In this document: piece by piece, positions 10,341 through 23,500 of the stretch | How positions within the stretch are numbered: position 1 is the first letter of the stretch | Layout: every line of letters starts with the position of its first letter | Origin: Candidatus Peregrinibacteria bacterium | GTDB lineage: Bacteria > Patescibacteriota > Gracilibacteria > UBA1369 > LOWO2-01-FULL-3 | Direction: 5' to 3' | DNA: 64,000 bases | Assembly (NCBI GenBank): GCA_030592015.1 | Contig: JAUUZY010000005.1 | Coordinates: 400-64,399, forward strand | The notes under the pieces: generated by a model | Database searches by the model: none | Seen by the model: the letters and a program-made list of their open reading frames with translations, nothing else | Told to the model about the DNA's origin: nothing | Made by a program: the position numbers and the translations under genes

Positions 10341-10979
10341 TTATTCACAATTGACTGTAGTTGCATCGATAAATTTCTCAGGAAGTCTCATGGATTCCCG
10401 ACGAACATCTTTCAAGGCAAGTTTATATTTAACTAAATTATTTATAATTATTTCATATTTCTTATGCATGGGATAAGCCATCCTAAACTCATCATATGCA
10501 GCAATAGTGGCCTCCATCACACGCTTTGCTTCATCTATTTCAGCGACAACTTCTGCATCTATTCTAGTACTTCCCAGCAAAACCTCTGAGATCGTAATTG
10601 CATCCTTTGAAATTACCGTCAAATCATTCCTCGCTATCTCCAGAGTCTTCAAATAATCTATGTAAATTTCCAGAGCATCCATAGACACACAGTAGGTACT
10701 CACGTTTTCCGGCGTACATTGCTCTTTTGTATCAGGGGCAAGAAAGTCAGGGTTACTATAGAAGCTAGGTTCCTCCAGCATATCAACCAATAGTTCCAGC
10801 TTGTCATTAAAGAAGTCATTCATTGTTGAATGATAAGTAGTTTTTATATTGTAAAAACCTGCCGTAGGACCATCGAATTCATAGTCACTCAACGCATAAA
10901 TCGTATAGCTGGAGTAGCAAAGTACCAAAGTGGCAATTGCGATGAGAAAGCTGGTTGTTAGGTTTCTAAAAAATTTCAT
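10341..10979 (-). CDS. Secreted helical hypothetical protein
   Basis: Signal peptide ending IYA; Cys pair CTPENVSTYC; C-terminus RLPEKFIDATTVNCE. Confidence 0.75.
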   Translation of the reverse strand: MKFFRNLTTSFLIAIATLVLCYSSYTIYALSDYEFDGPTAGFYNIKTTYHSTMNDFFNDKLELLVDMLEEPSFYSNPDFLAPDTKEQCTPENVSTYCVSMDALEIYIDYLKTLEIARNDLTVISKDAITISEVLLGSTRIDAEVVAEIDEAKRVMEATIAAYDEFRMAYPMHKKYEIIINNLVKYKLALKDVRRESMRLPEKFIDATTVNCE

Positions 10980-10982
10980 AAA

Positions 10983-11579
10983 CTATTGAACACAGTTTTT
11001 AACAAATTGGGGCAGTCTATTATTGAACGATGCAAAATGCGAAAACATATATGCGATTTGTAGATTCAAATCACTGAGTCGATTATTTATAACTCTACTT
11101 TTTTCCACAAAAATAGTTGCACGTTTCTGAGCACTGGTATTTCGTATATGGTCAATCATCAATTCCTTCTTCACTTCTATATAGGTCTGAGTAAGTTGGG
11201 CACACTCACTAATTGTAGTGAATTGTTGCGCCAACCCTTCACCTCCAATATCGGGAGTAACCAGCAAAAAAGTATCTTCGATAAGTGTTTTGTATTCTCT
11301 GAATTTAGCGATGGCAATATTTGTAAGGGAAGTATTTGAACTCTTATTATTAAAGTTTTCCTCTAAAAATTTGAAAAATAATTTAGTGTAATCATCATAA
11401 ATTCTCGGCAATATGATTTTGCAATTTGTAGGATTAGCCACAAGATCCTCAACATTCTTTTGAATTACAGGCTTCAGAGCTATCTCTAGATCTATATAAG
11501 TCGATGGCTCATTTGCAGCATAGACAAGTCCCACGTTGGACAATATTAGGATCAAAATTGAGGCCAGTATTTTTTTCAT
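10983..11579 (-). CDS. Secreted helical hypothetical protein
   Basis: Classic signal peptide MKKILASILILILSNVGLVYA; C-terminus RLPQFVKNCVQ; starts 2 bp after the giant gene stop. Confidence 0.75.
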   Translation of the reverse strand: MKKILASILILILSNVGLVYAANEPSTYIDLEIALKPVIQKNVEDLVANPTNCKIILPRIYDDYTKLFFKFLEENFNNKSSNTSLTNIAIAKFREYKTLIEDTFLLVTPDIGGEGLAQQFTTISECAQLTQTYIEVKKELMIDHIRNTSAQKRATIFVEKSRVINNRLSDLNLQIAYMFSHFASFNNRLPQFVKNCVQ

Positions 11580-11581
11580 AA

Positions 11582-14500
11582 TTATTTTTTTACAGTTTCA
11601 ATAGTAACTTCATTACTCTTGGAGAACCAATGTTTCTCATCTTCAGTAGAAATTACACTGAAGAATATGTCTCCCGGAATTATATCAGCTCCATGCAAGA
11701 TGCTTGCAGTACATGGGCAGGTATTGCATTCAGGTGGTACGACATAAACACCACTTTCACCTTCCTGATAAACACCACCATCACTGAAATCATCACTTCC
11801 ATCCAAAGGATCGGTCAAATTCTTATGAACTTCATCCCCGTCATTAACCCCACCACCATCGGTATCGGCAACTGCAGGATTAGTTCCGTAGAGATTTATT
11901 TCTTCAGAGTCGGACAATCCATCGAAGTCTCTATCAGGTGGATCATCAGATGCATCCAGAGGATCAGTTCCATTCCTAACTTCATCCCCATCGTTAACCC
12001 CACCACCATCGGTATCGGCAATTTCAGGATCAGTTCCATACAGATTCGTTTCCTCAGAGTCGGTCAATCCATCGTCATCAATATCGGATGGATCATCATA
12101 TGCATCCAACGGGTTAGTCCCCAGATCAAGCTCGTCGCCATCATTTGTTCCTCCCTTATCACTGTCAGCATCAGTTGGATCAAGACCATATGAGCATTCA
12201 TCTGTATTGCTCACACCATCGAAATCCACATCTAAATCAGGATTTTGAATATCATATTTCTCCTCACAGAAATCAGACATGCCATCATTGTCATCATCAA
12301 TCTCAAAACAATTATAAGCTTCAAGAACTCTGGTCACCATTGTTACAAGCTCTGCTCGAGTCATCTCCTGTTCAGGATTGGCAGCTTCCTCAGTTGTGAT
12401 AATAAAATTATTCTGCAAAACAGCATTTCCAGTCATATAAGGAGTCAGGTTCTGTCCTGCAAGCATGAACGGATCATACCAAGGATCTCCAACATTTAGT
12501 CCCTCAAGATTAAGCACACCCTTCAGTTCAAGAGCTTCCAATATGATCTTCACAGACTCGGCCCTTGTAATAGTGTTTTCAGGCTTGAAAGGGGATTTGC
12601 CAGTAGCATTGTCTATCTCACCCTGATAACCATGAATAAGACCAAGTAATGAGGCCTCCTTCACAAATGGGTAGTACCAAACAAGGTCAGACTCACTATA
12701 TTGAATATCATTGAATTCAGTCCCAAGCTCATAAGATTCAGGTCTAGGAATAATACAAAGCATCTTTAGCAGAGTTTTTACAAATTCAGCCCTATTCACC
12801 AACTCCTGCGGATTAAATATAATTCCATCCTCGCTCTCCCGCCCTTCAATAATATCTTTTTTCTGTAACTCTTTGAGAATAGCAGCCAATTCATCATCAA
12901 CATCAATAAATTCTTTCTTGCTCAAACTAGTCTTCACAAAATCGGAAGATGGAGGAATATGCGCCTGAGCAAACGGCACATCATTCGGTCCAACTATCTT
13001 AACTCTTCTTTTTCCACTAATAACAGAGACATAAATCTCCGCCACAACTTTTCCATTATATATAAGTTCATAAATCAACGGATCAGCCGTATGATCATTC
13101 GCCTTTTTTATTAGTTCAACCCCATCAGCAAGGAAAATAACATTTCCAGCACTATCAACAATAGCGATCTGCTTCCCTTCAATCACATCCATCAAAGCGG
13201 CAGCACCCGGATAATCCGGATCATCAGCTGCAAATTTCACAAAGCTATATCTATCTGTAATATTTTCATCACTCACATGCACACCAGTCGCCAATTCAAA
13301 TATATTGTCCTCAAAATCAACTTCTTCCAGCACAACTACATCGGTATTCTGATCTGCAACCACGTGAATAGTCGCATAAACAGTGCCATTCGCATCCACG
13401 ATCTCAATTCTGGTTACAGTCCCGGGAGGATTGGCTTCCTCAACATTTATAAAGTATCCATCCATCAAATTTTCAACATTAGCTGTGTCAGGGTGAATTT
13501 CCGCAATTATTTCTCCGGCAGAATTCTCAACCAAGAGCATATCTCTCACAGAAAGATCATTAACCGTATAAACACCGGTTTCATCACTAAGATATTTTCC
13601 GTTCTCATCACTGGTCATAGTCTCAATCTTTTGGTTTTTCTCTACAGCCTTCAGATCACCGGCCACAACTCTATAAATAAGCCTTTTCCTCATAAGCGTA
13701 ACAGGCATATTAGGCAGAGTTTCACCTGTGGCAATTGAAGTTCTAGCAAGAGTTTCGTCCAATGTGATATTAGGAGCGGAAACATTCACCTTAATCTCCT
13801 GAGCCGAACTATTTCCAGACTGATCCACCACATGTAACAAGAATTTATGCTGACCAATATCTCCCTCATATTCGAATGGTCCAACTCTGAATCTTGGGTT
13901 GCTCCTATCATTTATAGCTATGCCATCACCATCTTCATCATAGGCGTAATTAATATCACTATAGAAAAATTGTCTCAGTTCTGTAGCTCTCTTTCCGTCC
14001 GGATCATAAGGTAAAGTCTCAAGATAGTAGGCAACTATTTCACCTGAACTATCAAAAGAATTACTCGCATCAATTTCCAGCTCCGTGAAAAGCGGAATAT
14101 CATATTCAATCTGACTTACAGCAGGGAATGGGCTGTCATTATCAGAACAGGACTGCGGAGCAATCACATTAGTAAATGAAGGAAGAGATTTCTCTCCATC
14201 AGCATTGATCGCATATATTTTTGGATAATAATTTCCATTTTCCAGCTCGATTGAAATACTTGGATTATTTGGGTCAGCCAGTTCAAGTACAAATGCATTC
14301 GGGAATTCTGCATCAGGATCAGCCACAGCCACATACCTCGCAACTGCAGTATTTTCATTTCCATCAGGAGTGCTGCCAATAAACACTTCATAGGCAACTG
14401 CATCCTTTTTTGCAATCCAGCTAATATCAACTTTTTTGTGATTCTCAGAAGGTGAGATAACACCCTGCACACTCGCACCTCCATCCACAACATAGTCGCT

Positions 14501-17500
14501 CACAGAGTTATTACCAAAGCCACCAGAAATCCCTCCAATCAGATTTCCCTTTGGATAATCCACCTCATTAGTATGATTTTCTTTCAGATAAACATCTCCA
14601 CCCATGGAGAAGATAATATCGAAATCACTATCACCATCAACATCATTGAACAAAGTATGTATTTCATTTTCCAATTCACTCGTATAGTTCAACACATTTT
14701 CACTTCCATTCCCGACTGCAACAAAGAATCCTATCGGAACAGGAACAGTAGCAGCTTCATCTGACTCCAGGTAATCATCAACATCAAAATCTATATTTGC
14801 AGCAAGCAGATTACTCGTATCAAGATCGCTCACGCCACTCACATCTCTGAGTCTCTCTTCTACAGCCTCACCAAAGAAACTGGATTCAACAGTTGTCTCG
14901 GTAGATACAGGTTCATACATCTTACTTGTAGAAAGAGCGACAATCTGTCTCACACTCTGATCATTGTCGACAAGAATCCTGCCAAATTCATTATAATCCT
15001 CGATCTCACCAAGTACTGTATTAGATTCATCCAAGCCCTTTGTATACGCAATTAGGGAGTCGCGAAGCTCGGCCATATGCCTCATCTCAGGAGTATCAGG
15101 AAGATCCTGAAGCAGTATATCCGCCTCAACTTCGGCAAGAGTTCTGTTTAGTATAGGATCTGAAGGATCCAAATATTCTTGAGTCGCAGTCAGATAATAT
15201 GTATCGGGATAATCAATCTGCTCCATATTATCCACATAGTCATTCAAGCTTTGATTAATGTTATTGAAATATCCTTCCACCTTAGCTATCTCAGGAGGAA
15301 GATAAGCACCGGCATCACCACTAATATCAGCACCGACTTCTTCAGCAGCATCCTCAATAGGTGAAGTAATAGGATCAACAACTCCTTCAAGCAAAGGCAC
15401 AGCAACATCAATAGCGGTTTCAGTAGCTTTCTTAAATGCAGTATCTACGGCATCATCCAGAACCTTCTGCCATGATTTCCCGCTAACTGTATTTACATTT
15501 TCAACCAAATCCATAACTTTCTCATTAAACTTATCGGCCCCATTTTTTAGAATCACATATATAAAGTCAGTCTCGATCCCCATATCCAATTTTGTAGTTA
15601 TCTTAATCTGTTCAACATAATCGTATTGAATTTCAGGCATCTGAACTCCAAGGTTTTTGATAAGAGGCAAGACAACCTGCACACTCGGCTGAGTCAAAGT
15701 CTCGATTTCAGTTGCAAGCCCCCATTCAGGAACAGGAATAAGTCCTTTCTTCAGTAGACAGAGGACGGCAAATATAGGCTTTAGATTGACAATAAGATCT
15801 CCAATAACATCAGGTAGTTGTGGGATCTTTGGCGGTCGAGGAAGGTCCGGCAATTGCGGTAATGGCAAAGGCGGAAGATCCGGAAGATCAGGCAGAGTGA
15901 AGGTAGGGAAGTCCAGCCAGTCAGGAAGATCAAATCCCGGAACTACTAATCGTAGCTCAGGAGATATCTCGGGAAGTGTAATAGTTGGTAGATCAGGAAG
16001 CCTTATCGGCTCAGGTTTGAACACAAGATCAGGCCAAACAATTTTTATACCGGCTTTTACCTGGGAAATATCAAAAACGATATCCGGCCACTTTGGCATA
16101 GGGATAATAGGGGGATCCGGAATAGCCGCAAAGAAACTCAAAAGTATTCCAAGCTTGCTAAATCTGTCATTTTTACACTGGTCACAATTCACTTGATAAT
16201 CAACAATCAGATCGAGCAACAATTTCCAGTCTCTGATAGTTCGGATAACATCCTCAATCGCTCTCATCCATGACTCTATAGTTTTCTGCTGTCTGCTAAT
16301 GTATCCACCTGTGTAATTCATTATCGCATCCATATAACAAATCAACTGAGTCGCATACTTTGCCTCAAGGTTCCTCCAAGTCAAAATATCTTTCGGTAGC
16401 CTTGAAATCTGGTCAATTTTGTCCATAGCCGCTCGCACAGACTTGATCAACTCTGTCATATCGAGAGTCACAGCATCACAAAGAGTTCTTCTCTCTTCAC
16501 TTATATTACATGTCCAATAATCTTCTATTTTCTGAATCTGCTCTTGTTCATATTCAATCCAAAGTACCGCTTGTCTCTTCCATTTTTCAACTTCAGCTTG
16601 AGAAATAGCCGGTACTCTTATAAACACCTCTTTTCCTTCAATCTGGAACAAAGGCATACTGTTTACAGCCCTCAAAAAGTCATGAACGGAAAGGAATCCA
16701 CCTCGATTTTTATCGAAGTTCTTGAGCGAAACAGCATGATCAGAAATTAAGCTATTCACATCAGGATAGATGAAATATAAGTCAGGTAAATCCAGTAATT
16801 TATTGAATATTTCATCGGTTTGATTATCCAGCCAGTTAGTAATCACACTTGGGAATCCGGGAATTCTGATATTCACAGCGCTGGAATACGATAGGGGAGA
16901 ATCAGGATCAGAATAATTGCTACTTGTATTGATAGCATCGGATCCGGCTGAATTTTCTCCATCAGATACAATAGTCGACATTCCCACGTCAGGATTTGAG
17001 TTAGAACTCTTCGCTTTTGCCACGGCATCATTGACCGGACCGAGAAGGTCAGGACATACACCTGCAGCCTGTACCGGCACTGCAGCAGCATAACAAGGTG
17101 ACATGTGTCCAATGTTTGGACCGGCACATATGGCAGTCCCAAGCCCACCTGTCAGAGTAGGGGAGATATACCACCTTACACTAGAAGTTAAATTTGAAGG
17201 GTAAAAAGGCATAACATACGGAGGATTCGGAGTTCCAATTGCAATCGCTGCAATCCCGGGAATCGGTCCATCCGGAGCAAGGAAAGCTCTATTGTACGGA
17301 ATCGGCAAACATCCTCCACCGGAACATCTCAGTAAGGTACTTACATTCTTGATCCCGTTGGCAATCGACTCAGAAAGATCTTGGTACTCCCCCAATGCAT
17401 CATCCCAAGAATCAACACTACCGTCATAATCGCTATCAGCGTTTTGTGAAGCCATTAACGCACTCATTCTATCTTGGAATTCTTCTGAGTTAGGATCCAC

Positions 17501-20500
17501 ATCATCAAAATCAGTCGGATTAATCCCTCCTGTTCTTTCAGCCTGCTCATCAAACAATTCCTCCAGAGTAGGCTCAGAGCTAACCCTGTTTTCCAGATAA
17601 TTTACCCTTCCATTGGAAACTCCAATGGAATATTCATAAATCAACTCTGCACTTGGATTTATTTCAGGCCTTATCTGAAGATCCAGATAAGGATCATTGT
17701 TGTATGAATGTCCCAAAGCACTAAGGGGATAGTTTGCAAAATCATTACCAATATCAAAGTTCACCTTTGGCATCCGGTCAACGCTGGCAGAATAAGAAAT
17801 GGTCCTCTTGCCTCCGGCAGGGACAGTAATACCGGTGATTACAAGTGAACGAGCACTCATCCCGGTTTCAGCCCACTCTAGCTCATCTCTGCAGCCACTA
17901 TCCATGCATTGCAAAGTATCTTCCAAAAGAGTCATGGAAGGAGGACTAACATCAGAGAGCATCATATTCACAATATTAGAGCCACCATTGTTATTCAAAG
18001 TAATAATATATTTTACCCTGTCATCCAATGCGATCACTTCTCCATTCACATCAACAGAACTCTTTGTAGATCTTGAAAATCTCACATCCTGCTTAATGTT
18101 TATGAAGTCGTAGTTTTTCGGATAAGTCTGTTCAGGGATATCTCCAGTAGCAATATTTTCATTATTTAAAAGGGAATTCTGCAAATCAGTAACTGCATTT
18201 GCATAGCCTTCTACCTCCGCATTACCAACAGGAGGGTCATCACTAGGGAGTGTGAATTGAATAAACTTTCCTGAGTTGTCTTCCACAGTATCAGTATGCT
18301 CGACATCAGAATATTCAGGGATAGTAGAGGAAAGTTGCTCCATTCCAGGATAATTAACAAAAATTGTACTCGAAATATCTACTTCAGGATCAAGCTGGAA
18401 TCCAAAATTCCAAGAATTCCCATGGTTAGTATCGAGCCCGATACAACTATCTCCATCAACTTTGTTATAGAAAATTCGAACGTTCCCAGCCGAATCACTA
18501 GTCACCAGATCCTCACACCCATCCGCATTCATATCTCCGGACTTCATTTCATAAGCCTTCCCGTTAATAGCCAACTCTAGAGATTCCTTTTCAAAACTTC
18601 CACCTTGATTTATAAACTGACTCATACAAACTTCATCTACATTGCAACTTTCTTTAGTTCCAACTATCAGGTCATCAAATCCATCATTATTCAGATCAAT
18701 TTTAGTGGCGGAGAATATTCCATTAGACATTTTTAGAATATATCCCTTGTCCCTAAATCTCTTATTACTAATCTCATTCTCAAGTAGTCTCACAAGCCCA
18801 TCTTCATATAGAAGCAAGAGGTCGTCGCTACCATCACCGTTATAATCAAACTCAATCAACTGTTGTATGGTCTGTTCACCATTAAAGATTGGCTTGCCGA
18901 TATCTTTTGTATAGCCGGTAAGACCACTCACCAGACCAACCATTCCATCCAATTTTAGACGTATCATAGGATCTCCATAAATGACACCAATCTCTGAAGC
19001 ATATGGAATATGAGATTCTCCAACAGAATTTCCAGCAGAAAAGAAAAGCATATGTTTATTGTCTCCTTCAAATCCCAAACCTGAATTACTACCTACATCC
19101 TCCAGCGAAGTTTGACCAAAGCCGGGAGCACGACCGGCATCAAGACTTGAATTCTTATCAATCAGGTAAACACCATTTGGATTGTCGCTAGAAGTTCTGG
19201 AGAAAGCACTATTAAAGTCAAAATTGTCAGCGGCAGTATTTAATTTTACATAAATACCAGGGAAGAAGCTTGTAGCTTCATCTGCGAAAGGAATTATCTG
19301 AACAGCATTTTCAAAACTCTGTTTAAAAGTTATAAGAGTCAAGATTTCACCACGATCATATATTGCAAAGGCAAGATCATTACTCTCAAGACCATCGATA
19401 TCCTGCTGTGGGACTCTCATTTCAAGGGATTCATTATTTAGAGTGATTCTTCCAAAGCTATCCACTTTCAGCATCACAGTGCCATTATTTTCAACAAAAA
19501 CCGCATCGTTTCTCTCAACAAATTCAATATTACTATCGCTAAAAGATATTCTCTCAACATATATTCCATCCTCATCTTCGATTTTTTCTTCCTCCTCAAG
19601 CAATACAAGGTCTGTGCCATCACTTGGAACCATAAACATGGAGGCAAGTTCATCACCAAAAACACTATCGTCAAAAATCACTTTTTGATACGGGAACGAA
19701 TCGGTGGATTGAATAACCTGCATACCAACCGTTTCAGACAAAAGATCAATCTTTCCAAAACCATCCACTCCAATGAGCAGCTTGTCCCCCTCAGCAGATG
19801 CTGTGATTGATGAGACAGCCTGAGAGTCACCTGCATGAAGGAAGGTTTCAGCCAGATTATTCTCATCAAACATATTTCCAAAGGCACCACCAAGCAAAGA
19901 AACATAAAGAGCCCGTGGAGCAAATCCTTCAACATCATCACTATCAAGACGCTTCCTGACATCCAAACTTATCTTGTCACGCATGATCCAATCAGACTCC
20001 GCAACAAGATTGAGTTTTCCACTTATGCCGGATCCCTTAATTGTAGTGGTGGCAATTCCATTGAGAGGGAGCGCAGTCCTAGCTCCGGTAAATTCAATAA
20101 AGTCCTCAGTGGCAGTTGTCGGGAGAAAGCTAATTAGAGTTTCATTATCAGCAACAACCAGATTTCCATATCTATCCAAGATCCTAGCCTCAAGCTGTAC
20201 ATCTCCACCACTAGAGAAAACAATATCCTCAGAAGCGCTAAGTTCTATCCTATGAGGCTCGCCAGGCTCAATTTTTATAGTAACGCTATCAGTAGTAAAG
20301 CCAGGGACATCCACAACTATCTCAGCATCACCTGCAAGATTGTTAGGAATAAACACGGCATTTATTTCAGGCAAGGTCCCATCAACCATCTTTTTCTCCA
20401 GTTTTTGAATTGTCTGACCTGATTTTCCCAAAAATCCACCAAGGTTTGGATTAATATTTTCAATCACTATATCCCCACTATATTTATCAACTCTCACTCC

Positions 20501-23500
20501 ATGACTCATAAGATCAGCCCTAATCATTATTGACGAATCAGAACCTGGAATAAGATTTATATCTAAATTTACCTCATCAAGAATATCGAATGTTTCCTGT
20601 GCCACTACATAATCCCTAAAGTCTATTTTGCTCGTATCGTTCCCAGCCTCACTCAGCAAAGTCTCCAATTCATAATCCAGAAGCACAGCAAAGAGCTCAA
20701 GATTTTCAATAATATCATCTTCAGAAAACAAAACAGTATCAGCAGTACCGGCAAAAGTACCAAGTTGAGTTCCAATCAGAGCGGCATTTATATCGGAGAT
20801 TTGATCAAGATGCGCACCTTCTTCCACAAACAAAGCAATTTGTGCAAAAGTATTATCCGCAACATTTCCAAATTCATCCTTCACAATAAGCTTCAAGTCT
20901 GTCTTCGATTGCTCATTGGCAACAAGCACAAGGGAGTCTGCCTTTATCTCTATTTGGCTAGGCTCACCTGCGACAAGGCTCAGTTCACGATCTAATACCG
21001 GATAAGGCTCACCCACAACCACAGCCCTTAGAGCAAAATCTCCACTTACAGTTCCGGCCCTCAAATAAACAGTAGCCACACCATTCTCACTCTGAACAAC
21101 CTGACCATTCTCAAAAACAACAATATCTTCCACATCCGAAATTACAGAGAATTCAACCTGATGAGTTCTACTGTTATCAAATTCTCCCAGATCGTCAAAG
21201 AGATGAACATTAATCATCATAAGAGATTGACCATCAGCAACCATTTCAATATTCGCCTCAAGTTCATATATGCTATCCGGATTTTTCTCAGCATCTATAA
21301 AAGGATTTTCACTATCAGGAATAAGAGCCAACATACTGTCAGAGAAAAGTTCAGCAACCGGCCTAGTTCGACCTATTGATTGTACAGTTGAGTCCAAAAA
21401 GTTTTTCTGGTAATCCTTCCATTGATAATACCTTAGCCAGTTATCCGGAGCTACAGTCTCAACATGCGCATCTTCTTCCTCAGTTACTTCTTCCACGATA
21501 TCCTCAACAATTATTTCTTCTTCAACCGGCTCTTCAAGCACATCCTCAGTTGTTTCATCCAATTCAACAAGCTCTGAGAGAAGTATTATTATATTTCCAT
21601 CTTCATCATATTCGACAGCATCACTGCCATCAGTAGCCCCACCACCATCAGTAGCCCTACTACCGTCAGCAATCTCACCACCACCATCGACAACATCGCC
21701 ACCATCAACAACCCCGCTACCATCAGCAACATCGCCACTACCATCGGCAACCTCACCACCACCATCAACAACCTCACCACCATCATCAACATCGCCACCA
21801 CCATCAACAACACCGCTACCATCAACAACTCCATCACCATCAACAACCCCACCACCATCAACAACATCGCCACCACCATCAACAACACCGCTACCATCAA
21901 CAACACCGCTACCATCAACAACTCCATCACCATCAACAACCCCACCACCATCAACAACCCCACCACCATCGACAACTCCACTACCATCGACAACACCGTC
22001 ACCAGCATCAGCAACCCCCAGAACATCTTCAGGCGATACATCACTATCTTTAGTAGCAAGATACTCAGCATAAGGATCAAACCCTAATTCATCGTCAGCA
22101 ACTAATTTATTTATTTTCTCCAAATCATCCTCGTCCAGACCGGCTTCATAAACAGTGAAACTCAAAATCTCCATTTTTCTATTGCTGCTAAGAACCTTCA
22201 CGTTGTTCGATTCAAGCCCGGACTCACTGCCCAGGTAAAGAGTAACCTCTCCGGATTTGTTCGTAGAATTCAAACTAAAACTAGCCTCACCTCCAACAAA
22301 AGTTTTTTGATTCGTATCAATAAATACCAAAACAGGATCATCTTCATCCTGATCAATGGTCAAAGTTAATGCTTCAGTGTTTCCAGTGTGACCTACCAAA
22401 TTTCCGTTTTCATCAATACCTTTTACACTAACTTTAACGGTATCTACACCGTCAGCGGAAAGAATAGGCTTATCAACAGTCAGCTCAAGTTTAGAAACAG
22501 GCAGAGCAGTAATAACTTCAGTATCTTCGGAAAAATCATCCTCAGCAAAAAGTTGGGACGCACCGCAAGACTCCTCAAACTCAAGCCCATCATCCCAGAC
22601 AGTTATAAACAAAGGCAGTGCAATAAGTGCCTCGATAAATTCCTGGGTTTCCGTCATGAAATCTCGCAACGGAACAAAATCATCATCGTTTTCATCAGGA
22701 CTAAGTCCCTGGTCCCGCGTTTCTACACCGGAACCTTCACCATCCGCAGAAACATAAATACTCAAAGGATCAAAACTGGCATCCGTTTCCTCAGGAATGT
22801 CTTTGTTGAAATTCATATCGAAATAATCCTTTTCACCATCCAGCACCAGGTACGCAGACTCATAACCGTTTTTCACGCTGTAGCCTGGAGGGGCAGGTCG
22901 CATAGTTGAATCAACAACAAAGGAAGTTTCATCCGGAGCAGGATTCAGATATTTCCTTAGAACATAATCATGCTTATCATCGATATTTAAATTCAGCCAT
23001 CCAATAGCATCATGTAATTTTAGTGTAGAAGCAGTCTCAAGATTAAAGCCACTAATAGGAACATCAACTTGAGATCTGGTAATTATAGAAAAATAATTAT
23101 TAATAATTTCATCACGAATATCTCTATAGTCACCTGGACGAACATCAGGATTTGGAATCGTATGACTTCCTGGCATCAAAGCTATACGCCAAGCAAGAGC
23201 ATCCAGATCTGCCTCCAATTGCGACAAATTCTCAACTCTAAATGAATTTGGGAAAATAACTTTTTCAGTATTACCCGGATAATAGTGCGGAGTGGTTCGA
23301 AGACTGCCAACGATAGCTTGAACATCAATAGAGTCATTTATAGGGCGAGGATCGGGATAGTCCATAGGGTGTTCAGGATCAGACGTCGGTGGCAACGGCT
23401 GTGCCTGGAAGGCTAGGTATCTAGGACTATCAATAGGCAAACTAAACGAAGCCATCGATTTTATCTGCTGAGAAATTGTATAGTCGGTCGGTTCATTATG

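Noticed and set aside
21589-22080. 163-aa alternate-frame ORF of LLMVV repeats that looks like a membrane protein
   Set aside because: It is a frame-shifted reading of the VVDGxG tandem repeat within the giant gene.
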